Positions 53,068 through 62,430 of a DNA stretch of 64,000 bases are shown in pieces; the first letter of the stretch is position 1, and the number at the start of each line of letters is the position of its first letter. The notes below the pieces were generated by a model. It was given only the letters and a program-made list of their open reading frames with translations. It was not told the origin of the DNA and did no database searches. The position numbers and the translations under genes are program-made. The stretch lies in contig JADHNY010000008.1 of the NCBI GenBank assembly GCA_016779265.1, positions 4,231 to 68,230 of the forward strand. Direction: 5' to 3'. This stretch comes from Pirellulales bacterium. Lineage in GTDB: Bacteria; Planctomycetota; Planctomycetia; Pirellulales; UBA1268.

Positions 53068-54329
53068 GCGGTGCCTCCGGTGGAGTGGTCAGCGAGGAAC
53101 AAGGGACGCATGTGCCGCTCGAAAAGGTTTTCTGTGACCTGTTCCGCAACGATTGTGCGGTTGGCGATCAGCAGATCGGTGTAGCGTCTCCCCTGCTTGG
53201 CGGCGAGCTTAAAGGCCACATGCAGAAGCTGCCGCAGCGATGAGTTGAAATCGGCGTGTGTTGGCACATGCCGGATTGCGGATGCCAGTCGCGGGCCGGT
53301 CCACGTTGCCACTTCTGCGGGGCTGGGGAGCTGGCTGCGGTCGATATCGATCACTGCCGCGTAGGGTGCGGTCAGCTCGTCGATGCCGGCAAAGGCTTGC
53401 GCATAAATCTCGCGAGCGAGTGCAAGCCCTTCACCCTCCGCTTCGGCGAGGCCAATCAGCTCCTCAAGCCAAGTGGTGCCGGCGGTTTTGATATGGAAGC
53501 CTGCCCCGGTGCGGGCGGCGGCCTCTCGAATCACCGGGTAGAGCGAAAACTTGTCGCTTCCTGAGTGAACCGAGAGCTTCAGTGACGCGGGCAGGCCATA
53601 GGTAGCTGCCGCGTGGGCGAGGACGGCGATGTCGTCATTGAACTCACGGGTGAACTGGGCGAGGTCACCGACATAGTCCACACCCTTGTTGAAGCGACCG
53701 GTGAACTTCGGTGCGATCGTTTCGACAGGGATCTTTTCGTCAGCGAGCATGGCGAGGATCACCAGCAGTTCCGGAGGCGTCTGCGGATCATCGGTTTCGT
53801 CCATGCTCACTTCGGTGACGAAAGAATCGCGATGGCCGGCAATATGCCGCCAGAGGGCTCCAGCCTCACGACATGCCGAGAGATAGTGCATGGCGATGCG
53901 ACGGGTTTCATCGGCAGAGAGTGGCAGGGGTTCCTCAATACCTTTGACCTGCACCGGCTGCGACAGCTCAGGGTGTCGGGCAAGGAAGGCGTCGACATCT
54001 GCTGCGTTGGCGGGCTGCCCGATGGCGTCGGCCACATCGATCGTGAAGAAGTCTGAACATGGGAGGTAGCCATCCACCGTTTCCAGGCGGATGTGGTCGG
54101 CATCGACATACCACGGGTGCGACCAGCCGCGGGCGGCAACAGCGGCCGCTGCCGCCTCCCGCACACTCGCCGGCTGGCTGCCCACAAAGGTGTGCTCGCG
54201 ATGCGACTTGTTCCAGACGGGAGCAGCGATGATCCCATGCTCGGCGAGCTGCTCGAAGGCAGCCAGCTGGGCCTCGGCTTCATGGGCGAAGCGGTCTCCA
54301 ACACCGAAAGAAAAGCGAGGCAGCGACAT
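53064..54329 (-). CDS. Tagaturonate/fructuronate epimerase (UxaE)-like protein. Tentative.
   Basis: 421 aa. FSFGVGDRFAHE...WNKSHREHT...YVDADHI resembles the GDR / S-RE / DADH pattern I recall for the UxaE family. It overlaps the TIM-barrel gene by 4 nt. Needs an HMM check. Confidence 0.45.
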   Translation of the reverse strand: MSLPRFSFGVGDRFAHEAEAQLAAFEQLAEHGIIAAPVWNKSHREHTFVGSQPASVREAAAAAVAARGWSHPWYVDADHIRLETVDGYLPCSDFFTIDVADAIGQPANAADVDAFLARHPELSQPVQVKGIEEPLPLSADETRRIAMHYLSACREAGALWRHIAGHRDSFVTEVSMDETDDPQTPPELLVILAMLADEKIPVETIAPKFTGRFNKGVDYVGDLAQFTREFNDDIAVLAHAAATYGLPASLKLSVHSGSDKFSLYPVIREAAARTGAGFHIKTAGTTWLEELIGLAEAEGEGLALAREIYAQAFAGIDELTAPYAAVIDIDRSQLPSPAEVATWTGPRLASAIRHVPTHADFNSSLRQLLHVAFKLAAKQGRRYTDLLIANRTIVAEQVTENLFERHMRPLFLADHSTGGTA

Positions 54330-54560
54330 GAAAGGATCTCAGTGAGTGGCGGCGGAGCTGATCAAGAGCGAGAGTCGCAGTGTAAGGCCCAACGTTGGCA
54401 ATGCGAACGCCCGGCGAAGATCGCGGCGAGACGGCCTCCTGATGAAGATGACCCCGTTGACGTCGTCTTGTGGAAGCTGCTGACAGTCCCACCCCGAGTG
54501 ATGGTGGTCTCAGGTGGCGTTTATGCTGATGCCACGGAGCAGACACCTGACGAGAGATCG

Positions 54561-55829
54561 ATGCCAAAGACTGCAGGAGATGCCGCAGCAACGGACACCG
54601 CAGTGTATGCGGCTCAAGACGCTGCAGTGATTGTCGCAGGGGGTCGCGGTCGGCGACTGGGCACGCCTGCCGGCGGCAAAGCTGCGGTGCCCTTGGGAGG
54701 TGTCACGCTCCTTGAGCGGACGCTTTCGGTCGTGACCGAGGTTGTGCCAAGGGTGGTGGTTGTGGCGGCAGACGGACAGCAGCTGCCCAGGGTGGCAAGG
54801 TCGACTACCGCACGGGTCGAGGTGGTCGTTGATTCCCAGGCAGACGCCGGTCCCTTGGCTGCCATCGCTGATGGCCTTCGGCAGCTTGCCGATGTCGCTC
54901 AGCCCCAGCGGACACTGCTGCTTGCGTGTGACATGCCTTTGTTGAAGCCAGCGGTGCTGCGGCAACTGCTCGCTGCGTGTCGCCCGGTGAGTGCGGACGC
55001 TGGCGGGCAGGTGTCGTGGGTCGTGCCCGTCGTGAAGGGCGTTCCGCAGGTGCTCTGTTCGGCACTTGCTGGAGCGAACGCCAGCATGACTGAGGTGGTG
55101 GAGGCCATGCTGGCAAGCGGACGACGAGATCTCCGCGGACTGCTCGAGCGGGTGTCCTGGCGATCGCTGACAGAGACCGACCTACAGCAGGCTGACCCGC
55201 AGCTCGACTCATTTCGTGATATCGACACCGCCGAAGATCTGGTGACAATCCAGTCCATGACACGTTCTGCAGATCTCACATTTTCGCCGCTTGTGGAGCG
55301 GCTGCTGGCAGCACCTGATGGCATGCCGCGGCTGCCGGAACTGGGGCCGGGCCGCCCGGTGGAGTCGCACCGTCAGGCGTTGGCCGACCTGACGGTTGAG
55401 CAGCTCTTTGAGGGTTGTGCGGTTCGTGATGCGAGTGCCGCCCGGTGCTGTCTTGCGGGGCTCTGGCTCTGGAACAACTTCCTCGACGAATCGCATCACA
55501 TCAGCCAGGCGATCAAGACCGCCGATGGGAGCTACTGGCACGGGATCATGCACCGACGTGAGCCTGATCCAGGCAACGCCAAGTACTGGTTTCGCCTGGT
55601 CGGCCACCATCCGGTGTTCGCCCCGTTGGCGGCGGCGGCTGTCGAGTTGGCGGGTGATACCGATTTCGCGGGTGCTAGCGATTCCTGGAGTCCCGCCGCG
55701 TTCATCGACTGGTCCTCCAGCGTGGCCGAAGGCTCGACCGATGAACAGAAAGCCCGCGAGATTGCTGCACTGGAATGGCGGCTGCTCTTCGCGCACTGCC
55801 AGCGGCACGCCTCTGGCGGAGAGGTGTGA
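54561..55829 (+). CDS. MobA-like molybdenum cofactor guanylyltransferase domain fused to a ~190-aa C-terminal domain of unknown function
   Basis: N-terminal half: AAVIVAGGRGRRLG...KAAVPLGG.TLLERT, DSQADAGPLAAIADGL, LLLACDMPLL and FRDIDTAEDL (MobA pattern). C-terminal half: CCLAGLWLWNNFLDESHHISQAIKT..GSYWHGIMHRREPDPGNAKYWFRLVGHHPVF, with no P-loop. Start at ATG 54561 or 54501. The track ORF from 54093 overlaps the divergent upstream gene. Confidence 0.7.
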   Translation: MPKTAGDAAATDTAVYAAQDAAVIVAGGRGRRLGTPAGGKAAVPLGGVTLLERTLSVVTEVVPRVVVVAADGQQLPRVARSTTARVEVVVDSQADAGPLAAIADGLRQLADVAQPQRTLLLACDMPLLKPAVLRQLLAACRPVSADAGGQVSWVVPVVKGVPQVLCSALAGANASMTEVVEAMLASGRRDLRGLLERVSWRSLTETDLQQADPQLDSFRDIDTAEDLVTIQSMTRSADLTFSPLVERLLAAPDGMPRLPELGPGRPVESHRQALADLTVEQLFEGCAVRDASAARCCLAGLWLWNNFLDESHHISQAIKTADGSYWHGIMHRREPDPGNAKYWFRLVGHHPVFAPLAAAAVELAGDTDFAGASDSWSPAAFIDWSSSVAEGSTDEQKAREIAALEWRLLFAHCQRHASGGEV

Positions 55830-55859
55830 CTCTGAAGGGGCGTCAGGAGCATCCACCCA

Positions 55860-58800
55860 ATGTCGCGGTGGGGACGACAGCAGCACGAGACAGACGGACT
55901 CGACGAGCTCAATGAGCGGATCGAGGGAGAGGAGCGTTCTCGTCAACGCCGTCCCTGGCGTCGGCTGCTGACCCTGGCCCTGCTTGTGGCTGGACTCTGG
56001 TGTGCACCGCAGGTGGTGGTGCTGACGCAGCTTCGTGAGCGTCCGCTGCAGGCGATTGTCAGTCGCCTCGATGCCACGGTGGCGAGTGGCTCTGCGGCAT
56101 GGAGCTGGTTTGGCCCTACGGTCTACCGGAACATCGTGCTGCACGATGCCGATGGTCAGCCACTCCTGGCGATTGAGCGGGCCGAGCTCGATGCAGGGCT
56201 CTTTCAGCTGGCGAGCCAGTTCGGTCTCTCGGCAACACCGCAGCTCGGCACACTGCGACTCTCGGGTGTGGAGCTGGTCACGCGTGTGGATGCGAACGGA
56301 AGTGATCTCGAGCGGCTGCTCTCGTCGTGGAAGGCCACACAGGCAGCCTCGCGACGGCCCGAGCTGGACCTCGAGGTGGTGGATGCTGGCGTGCTGGTCA
56401 TCGACACGGTGCACGCGGACTCCTGGCGGCTCGAGGACCTCGTCGCCGCGGCCCACCTCACACCACAGGGTCTGACGGGCTGGACGGTGGCCGGCCGGGC
56501 TGTTCATGCAGGGCGTGGTCCGCAGGAAGTCGATGCTGTCGCCATCTTCAGGCAGTTCCGCGATGAGGAGTCTGCAGGCACCCACGCCGCGCGGATCCAG
56601 GTCGCTACGCAGGCAACGGCACTGATGGCTCGTGAGGGAGGCTTCTCACTCTCGTCGCCGCAGCGGTCTGTCGAAGCGAAGGACAACGAGCCGCAGACAC
56701 TCGTGCTGGCGACCCACCGACTGCCCCTGGGAATCAGTGAGCTGGCGGCCGTTCGCTATGGCATGCCTGTCGTGCTTGATGGGCATGCGGACATGCGGGT
56801 CGATGTCACCCTGCCTGTTGCTGCTGCAGAACGAGCCCAGCCCTCCGGCTATGTCGTCGAAGGCCGCGTGACGGCAACGGATGTTCATGTGCTCGATGCC
56901 GCGCTGCTCCAAGAGCAGTTTCGCTTCGAGCGTGTTGAGCTGCCGGTCAGCTGCCTGGTGACCTCCGATGCGGTGGTGCTTCGCGAGTGCTCTGCCAGCT
57001 CGCCACTGTTTCACCTCAAGGCGACGGGCCAGCTGCCGCTGCGAGCCCGTGGTCAAGAGCAGTGGCTCGAGACGGCGGCTGCGGCTGACTTCACACTTGC
57101 TGGTGAACTCGATCTGGCTGCCGTGGCGGCGGGTCGTCCCGGCGGACTCCAGCTGCGGCCTGATGTTCGGGTGACCGAAGGCAGCCTGAAGGTGGCCGCG
57201 GTGTCGCGGGCGGAGGGAGAACGCCGCGTGATTGAGGTCCGGGTCTCCTCTGAAGATCTTGAGGCGATGCAGGGCGAGCGTCCGCTGCGATGGGATGCGC
57301 CTCTCTCGGCCTGGCTCCGCGGCAGTCGGAACCTTCTGCAGCCTGGCTTCCGGATTGACGAAGCACGAATCGTCTCACCCGCCTTTGAGGTCTCGGCGGT
57401 GAGTGATGAGCAGGCGACCACACAGGTCACCTGGACGGCAGACCTTGAGCGACTCGTCGGGCAGGTAGGCGAGCTTCTCGATCTGCCGGCAACGACGGTG
57501 GCGGGGACATCTCGCGGGAGCTGTCGTTTCAGCTCAGCACATGCCAACGGCTCGACTGCAGCCACGCTCTCGGCGAGCGTCGATGGATTTGCCCTGCAGC
57601 TCCCAGGTCACGATCGCTGGTCTGATGACCAGCTGCAGCTTGAGGCGACTGCTGTTGGTCAGTTTGCCGGTGGAGGCATCCGCATCGAACAAGGTCATGC
57701 CCGGCTTGACGCCGGTCTTGACGTGGCTGAACTCACCGTTGCCAGTCCGTGGACAATCGGCCTTGCGGGCTTCGTGGATGCGGCACAACGGACAGGACCC
57801 ACGCCCCCAGCGGTGGAAGTCGCGGTCGCCGGTGCCCTGGAACGATGGCATGCCCGGCTGGCATCTCTCTGGTCGAGAGCCAGCCTGGCAAATCTGACGA
57901 TCCGCGGCAGCTGCGATCTCTCCGGCACGCTGTCTGCGGTCGAGGAGGGTTGGCGGCTCACACGGGGCGGCGGCGAGCTCGCAGATGTGGCCGTGGAACT
58001 TCCCGATGGCCGTTCCTTTGAGGAGCCGCGTGTGGTCGGCAGTGTGGCTGGCACGCTGTTCTCACATGGCCGGGGCGTGGAGATCTCGTCGGCTGAGGTG
58101 CTCACCGCCACCCTCTCGGTGAGGAGTGGTGGCTTCGCCTATCTACCGCGTGCGGGAGCCCTGGTGGCCGGACAGCGGCTGCCTTTGCTGCGTGGTGTTG
58201 GCCAGTGGCAGGCGGATGTTGGGCGGATGGAGCGGTGGCTTGTGACGCCGCTGACTGCCGCGACATGGCCCGCTTCAGGCCGCGTCTGGGGAACGTTCGA
58301 CGTCAGCGAAGCAGCAGATGGGGTCGGGCTGCGGTTTGCCGCGACGGGCAATGATCTTGCCCTCGGTCGCGTGCCGGCCGCATCGGTGCTGGGCATAGGC
58401 GGCCCCACGGCGGCAACGGAGGTCTGGCGGGAGCCGCGGGCCACCTTCCTGCTGGAAGTCACGCGTCAAGGGCAAACGCCTACCGGAGACGTGACCATCA
58501 AAGCCGTCACACTCGAGTCGTCGACTGCAGCGGTGCAGGCGTCAGGCATTCTGCGGGATCTCGACCAGCAAGGTTTTCTCGAACTCACCGGCACCGCCAG
58601 CTACGACTGGGACCTGATCTCACGTCTGGCCACACCCTGGACCGGTGGACGTGTGCTCCTCTCCGGGAGCGGCGGACGTCCCTTCACGATCCGCGGGCCG
58701 CTGCAGGTTGAGCCACCTGAGGCTCTCGCAGACGACAGGATGCACACCGGGGGGCTCCCCGTCGATCCACTTGCCGAGCGTCCTCCAGTGGCTCCGCTGG

Positions 58801-59801
58801 AGCGGCCTGACGACTGGTTGGCCGCCGCTCGTGGTCTTGAGCCAAACAGACCTGCTCGTGGAATCACACGCAGCGTGTCGCATGCTGCGGCCTCTCCAGC
58901 CGGGGTGACGGCCGCCGCGTGGCTGCGGTCAGCATCGCTCGAGACCACGCTTGGCTGGCGAGCGGCAGACGTGTTTGGGGTACCGATCGCTGCAGGTGAC
59001 ATGCCGATGCGGCTGCTGGAAGGGCAGCTGGCGTTTGGGCCCTTTGACCTGGCAGCCTCGGGTGGGCGGCTTCGTGGAACACCATGGGTGCGGTTTCTCC
59101 CGGGGCCTGCAGAGCTCGTGGTGCCACCCGGCCGCATTGTTGAGCGGGTGGACATTTCTCAAGGCATGGCCAATCGCTGGATGACCTGGGTGGCACCGCT
59201 GCTGGGGCATGCGGCGGAGATCCAAGGCCGGCTCAGCATCGACACCGCGGGCACGCGAGTCCCCTTGGCAGACCCATTTGGTGGCCAGTCTGCAGGGCAG
59301 GTGATCTTTGAAGGCGTCGAGGTGACGCCTGGCCCTCCTGCTCAGCCACTGGTCACCCTGATTGGCCGCCTGCAGGCGCTGTTCGATCCGCGGTTTGGGA
59401 TTGGCGACAAAGTGGTGATGATGCGAGTGCGACCAGAGCCAGTGCGGATCTGGCTGCACGAGCGGCGGATCTGGCATGAAGGCCTGGTGATCGATGCAGG
59501 ACAGCTCACCGTTCGCACCCGTGGCAGCGTGGCAGAGGATGGCACACTCGACATGGATGTGGAGCTCGCCTTCCGAGGCGACATTGCAGGACAGACGCCG
59601 ATCGTGGCCACCCTTCTGCGGACCCCACTGCTGATCCCCCTCAAGGGCACCCTCGACCGACCGCAGTTTGACGCCTCTGCGATCGATCAGATCTTCGTAC
59701 GAATCGCGGAGAACACTGCCAATGCGGTGATCGGGGAAGGCCTTAGCCGCGGCCTTGAGGCGATGTTTGGCAACCCGCAGCCGCCCGCCCCACCTCGCTG
59801 A
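55860..59801 (+). CDS. Very large envelope protein, AsmA/TamB-like (single N-terminal TM anchor, long beta-rich body)
   Basis: 1313 aa. N-terminal RRPWRRLLTLALLVAGLWCAPQVVVL anchor, repetitive beta-strand-like segments, and a C-terminal ...TRGSVAEDGTLDMDVELAF...PLLIPLKGTLDRPQFD resembling the AsmA-family C-terminal region. The family call is an inference. Confidence 0.5.
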   Translation: MSRWGRQQHETDGLDELNERIEGEERSRQRRPWRRLLTLALLVAGLWCAPQVVVLTQLRERPLQAIVSRLDATVASGSAAWSWFGPTVYRNIVLHDADGQPLLAIERAELDAGLFQLASQFGLSATPQLGTLRLSGVELVTRVDANGSDLERLLSSWKATQAASRRPELDLEVVDAGVLVIDTVHADSWRLEDLVAAAHLTPQGLTGWTVAGRAVHAGRGPQEVDAVAIFRQFRDEESAGTHAARIQVATQATALMAREGGFSLSSPQRSVEAKDNEPQTLVLATHRLPLGISELAAVRYGMPVVLDGHADMRVDVTLPVAAAERAQPSGYVVEGRVTATDVHVLDAALLQEQFRFERVELPVSCLVTSDAVVLRECSASSPLFHLKATGQLPLRARGQEQWLETAAAADFTLAGELDLAAVAAGRPGGLQLRPDVRVTEGSLKVAAVSRAEGERRVIEVRVSSEDLEAMQGERPLRWDAPLSAWLRGSRNLLQPGFRIDEARIVSPAFEVSAVSDEQATTQVTWTADLERLVGQVGELLDLPATTVAGTSRGSCRFSSAHANGSTAATLSASVDGFALQLPGHDRWSDDQLQLEATAVGQFAGGGIRIEQGHARLDAGLDVAELTVASPWTIGLAGFVDAAQRTGPTPPAVEVAVAGALERWHARLASLWSRASLANLTIRGSCDLSGTLSAVEEGWRLTRGGGELADVAVELPDGRSFEEPRVVGSVAGTLFSHGRGVEISSAEVLTATLSVRSGGFAYLPRAGALVAGQRLPLLRGVGQWQADVGRMERWLVTPLTAATWPASGRVWGTFDVSEAADGVGLRFAATGNDLALGRVPAASVLGIGGPTAATEVWREPRATFLLEVTRQGQTPTGDVTIKAVTLESSTAAVQASGILRDLDQQGFLELTGTASYDWDLISRLATPWTGGRVLLSGSGGRPFTIRGPLQVEPPEALADDRMHTGGLPVDPLAERPPVAPLERPDDWLAAARGLEPNRPARGITRSVSHAAASPAGVTAAAWLRSASLETTLGWRAADVFGVPIAAGDMPMRLLEGQLAFGPFDLAASGGRLRGTPWVRFLPGPAELVVPPGRIVERVDISQGMANRWMTWVAPLLGHAAEIQGRLSIDTAGTRVPLADPFGGQSAGQVIFEGVEVTPGPPAQPLVTLIGRLQALFDPRFGIGDKVVMMRVRPEPVRIWLHERRIWHEGLVIDAGQLTVRTRGSVAEDGTLDMDVELAFRGDIAGQTPIVATLLRTPLLIPLKGTLDRPQFDASAIDQIFVRIAENTANAVIGEGLSRGLEAMFGNPQPPAPPR

Positions 59802-61185
59802 GTTCGCGCCGCAGCCTGCGATCGAGCGCCGCGATCAGTCGCTCCAGCCGCAGTCGGTAGCTGTGATGCTCAACCTCCAGCCGATGCCTGGGGGAGTCCA
59901 CATAGCAAAACGGTGTGAGTGCGGGAGACTGCTGCCGCTTCTGTCGCAGCCAAGAGGCAGTCCGTGGTGCGTGACGACGTGCGAGGGCCATCCGAGCGAC
60001 GACCCGAGCCTGAAGGTCGGTCAGTCCCCACTGGCCGCTGTCAGGCTGGATCAGTCCCACACACGCGATGTCGTCGCGATGGCGAGGCAGCATGTGCAGA
60101 AACAGATCGGGAGGATCATCATTGCCTCTGACGGAGGAGGCGTGAGCTGCGGTGGGGGCATGTCGACGGTCACCGAGTTCCTGGAGGTCGATAAACGGCA
60201 TCTCAATGCGGAAACCTGTGGCAGCGATCACGACATCGATCTGTTCACGTCGCCCGTCGGCAAACACCACATCGCCCTGTTCAAACCGTTTCACGCTGCC
60301 AACGGAGCTGATCCGGCCCTCATCGATACGGCGATAGAGTCGCTCATTGATCACCGGATGGCTTTCCCAGAGCTGATGGTCAGGTGTGGGGAGCCGATGC
60401 CGATGTGGAAGGCCGATGGCCCGGTCGATCAGACGCAATGAAATCAGTCGTCGCAGCCAGATCGGCACGCCCATCTTCAGGAGCCGTTCGCCCCGCAGGT
60501 CGGCAGGGCGATTGAGGATCGTCCGCGGCACGATGTGGTAGTGGCGACGGGTCGAGTGAAACGTCGCTGCTGCCTGCTGGCTGACATCGACGGCGATATC
60601 GCAGCCGGAGTTGCCGCCACCGATCACCAGCACCCGCTTGCCAGCGAGGGGAAGCGGCGTGTCGGGCGAGCGATACTCCGCCGAGTGCAGGATCGTGCCG
60701 GAGAAGCTTCCTGGGATCTCGGGCATGCGTGCCGCATGGTTGTGCCCATTCGCGATCACCACACCTTCGTAGGCTCTCGTGGCCTGCCCTTTGATGTGCA
60801 CGTCCCAGCCACCCCCAGCTCGGGGCACCACCCGCTGGACATCGCAGTGCGGACGGATCGACGGCCGCAGTCCGAAATGGTCCGCATACGACCGCAGGTA
60901 GGCCAGACAGTCGGTGTGGTGGGGATGCCATGGCAGGCTGCGTGGCATCGGGTAGTCCACAAACTCTGTCAGTGGCCGAGAGCTGATCAGCCGGGTCGAG
61001 GCAAACACACGGGAGGCCGCCGAGCCGAAGTACCAGTTGCCGCCGAGGTCGTCTTCTCGTTCCAGACACTCTGCCGGAAGCCCCAGCTCTTGCAGGCTCT
61101 TTAGCGTGGCTAATCCGGAAGGCCCAGCCCCGATCACACACCAGCGGCCGGTGCTCTGCGGGCGTGTGGGTGTGCCTGCGATCAC
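59743..61185 (-). CDS. Flavin-containing monooxygenase (class B FAD/NAD(P)-binding)
   Basis: 480 aa. FAD motif VIGAGPSGL, DLGGNWYF, FMO-type FSGTILHSAEYR and a second Rossmann motif VLVIGGGNSGCDIAVD. Overlaps bioF by 4 nt. Confidence 0.8.
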   Translation of the reverse strand: MIAGTPTRPQSTGRWCVIGAGPSGLATLKSLQELGLPAECLEREDDLGGNWYFGSAASRVFASTRLISSRPLTEFVDYPMPRSLPWHPHHTDCLAYLRSYADHFGLRPSIRPHCDVQRVVPRAGGGWDVHIKGQATRAYEGVVIANGHNHAARMPEIPGSFSGTILHSAEYRSPDTPLPLAGKRVLVIGGGNSGCDIAVDVSQQAAATFHSTRRHYHIVPRTILNRPADLRGERLLKMGVPIWLRRLISLRLIDRAIGLPHRHRLPTPDHQLWESHPVINERLYRRIDEGRISSVGSVKRFEQGDVVFADGRREQIDVVIAATGFRIEMPFIDLQELGDRRHAPTAAHASSVRGNDDPPDLFLHMLPRHRDDIACVGLIQPDSGQWGLTDLQARVVARMALARRHAPRTASWLRQKRQQSPALTPFCYVDSPRHRLEVEHHSYRLRLERLIAALDRRLRRELSEVGRAAAGCQTSPQGRG

Positions 61186-62423
61186 AGCATCGCTCCAATC
61201 GCTTCGGCAAGGCTGGTGAGATCGGCTTCGGTGTGATGCCAGGACAGGCTGATCCGCAGCAGGCTGCCCCCCTCAGGCACGCTTGGCGGACGAATCGCAG
61301 GCACAAAGTAACCAGCCTCAGCAAGCGCCGCCGAGATGGTCACGGCACGGTGTGGCTCCCCGACAACGACAGGCACGATCTGGCCGCTGCGTTCGGTGGC
61401 CGAATCGGATGTGGTCGACACGGAGCGGGAGGCCAGCATGGCTCGAAACTCTGCCGCCTTGTGCAGCAGCTGCTGGCGACGAAAGGGCTCTTCACCAACA
61501 AGGGCGATTCCGCGAGCCGCTGCTGCGGCGACTCCTGGTGGATGGGCGGTGGAAAAAACCCAGGCTCGTGCGGCATGCGAAAGCCAGGTGGTCAGCGAGG
61601 CTCGGCCAGCAACAAACCCGCCGGCAGCACCGATCGCCTTCGAGAGCGTGCCCACTCGGATGTGCACCCCGTCACTGCACCCGGCCGCTTCGACTAGGCC
61701 ACTGCCGCGGTCACCAAAGACCCCTGTGGCATGGGCTTCATCGACCATCAGCATGGCGGCATATCGATGAGCGATCTCAGATAGGTCTGCCAGCGGCGCG
61801 ATGGTGCCATCCATCGAGAACAGGCTGTCGGTGACAATCAGCGTTCGCTTCGCAGGCCCTGCGGCTGCCAGCGCATGTTCGAGGGCGGTGAGATCCCGGT
61901 GTGGGTAGACGAGGAGGCGAGCTTTGGAAAGCCGGCAGCCATCGATGATGCTCGCATGATTGCGTGCGTCGCTGGCGATCAGGTCTCCTTCGCCGACAAG
62001 CGCGGGAATCGTAGCTGCATTGGCCGCATAGCCACTCGGAAAGGCGAGCGCCGCGTCCACTGAGAGCAGTGAGGCGATCGCCCGCTCCAACGTCTGGTGT
62101 GCGACCGACTGGCCACTGACGAGCGGACTCGCTCCTCCCCCAAAGCCTTCGGCACAGCTGCCTTTCGAGCAGGCCCGCGTGAGCCGCACATCACCGGAGT
62201 AACCGAGATAGTCGTTGGAACCGAAGTTGAGCAGCTGCTGACCATTGAGCTCGACCTCGCGGCCTTGCCGTCCGCGGCGAACTCGTGGCAGACGCCGCAG
62301 ACCCTCGGCCTCAAGATGCTCAAGGGCCGGCTCAAGCCAGCTCAAAGCAGCCGGCAGTGGTGCTGCGGGCGGTGGTGAGGCTGAGGGTGGCGAAAGCGGT
62401 GTGGAGTCGGTGCGGCAGGACAT
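61182..62423 (-). CDS. bioF: 8-amino-7-oxononanoate synthase (alpha-oxoamine synthase family)
   Basis: 413 aa. Has LNFGSNDYLGY, GGGASPLVSG, SGYAAN, DSLFSMDG, MVDEAHATG and the PLP-Lys context GTLSKAIG. It is colinear with E. coli BioF, but other alpha-oxoamine synthases cannot be fully excluded. Confidence 0.7.
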   Translation of the reverse strand: MSCRTDSTPLSPPSASPPPAAPLPAALSWLEPALEHLEAEGLRRLPRVRRGRQGREVELNGQQLLNFGSNDYLGYSGDVRLTRACSKGSCAEGFGGGASPLVSGQSVAHQTLERAIASLLSVDAALAFPSGYAANAATIPALVGEGDLIASDARNHASIIDGCRLSKARLLVYPHRDLTALEHALAAAGPAKRTLIVTDSLFSMDGTIAPLADLSEIAHRYAAMLMVDEAHATGVFGDRGSGLVEAAGCSDGVHIRVGTLSKAIGAAGGFVAGRASLTTWLSHAARAWVFSTAHPPGVAAAAARGIALVGEEPFRRQQLLHKAAEFRAMLASRSVSTTSDSATERSGQIVPVVVGEPHRAVTISAALAEAGYFVPAIRPPSVPEGGSLLRISLSWHHTEADLTSLAEAIGAML

Positions 62424-62430
62424 TCCCTGA

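Noticed and set aside
54093-54560. N-terminal 136-156 codons of the 578-aa ORF, and a possible Moco riboswitch upstream of the MobA-like gene
   Set aside because: This stretch overlaps the divergent UxaE-like gene and has junk composition. The MobA homology starts after the Met at 54561. I could not recognise Moco-motif conserved elements by eye in 54330-54560, so a covariance-model scan (Rfam Moco_RNA_motif) would be needed.
55209-56585. 458-aa ORF on the minus strand
   Set aside because: It spans the junction of the MobA-fusion and AsmA-like genes in antisense. It has Arg/Pro-rich junk composition.
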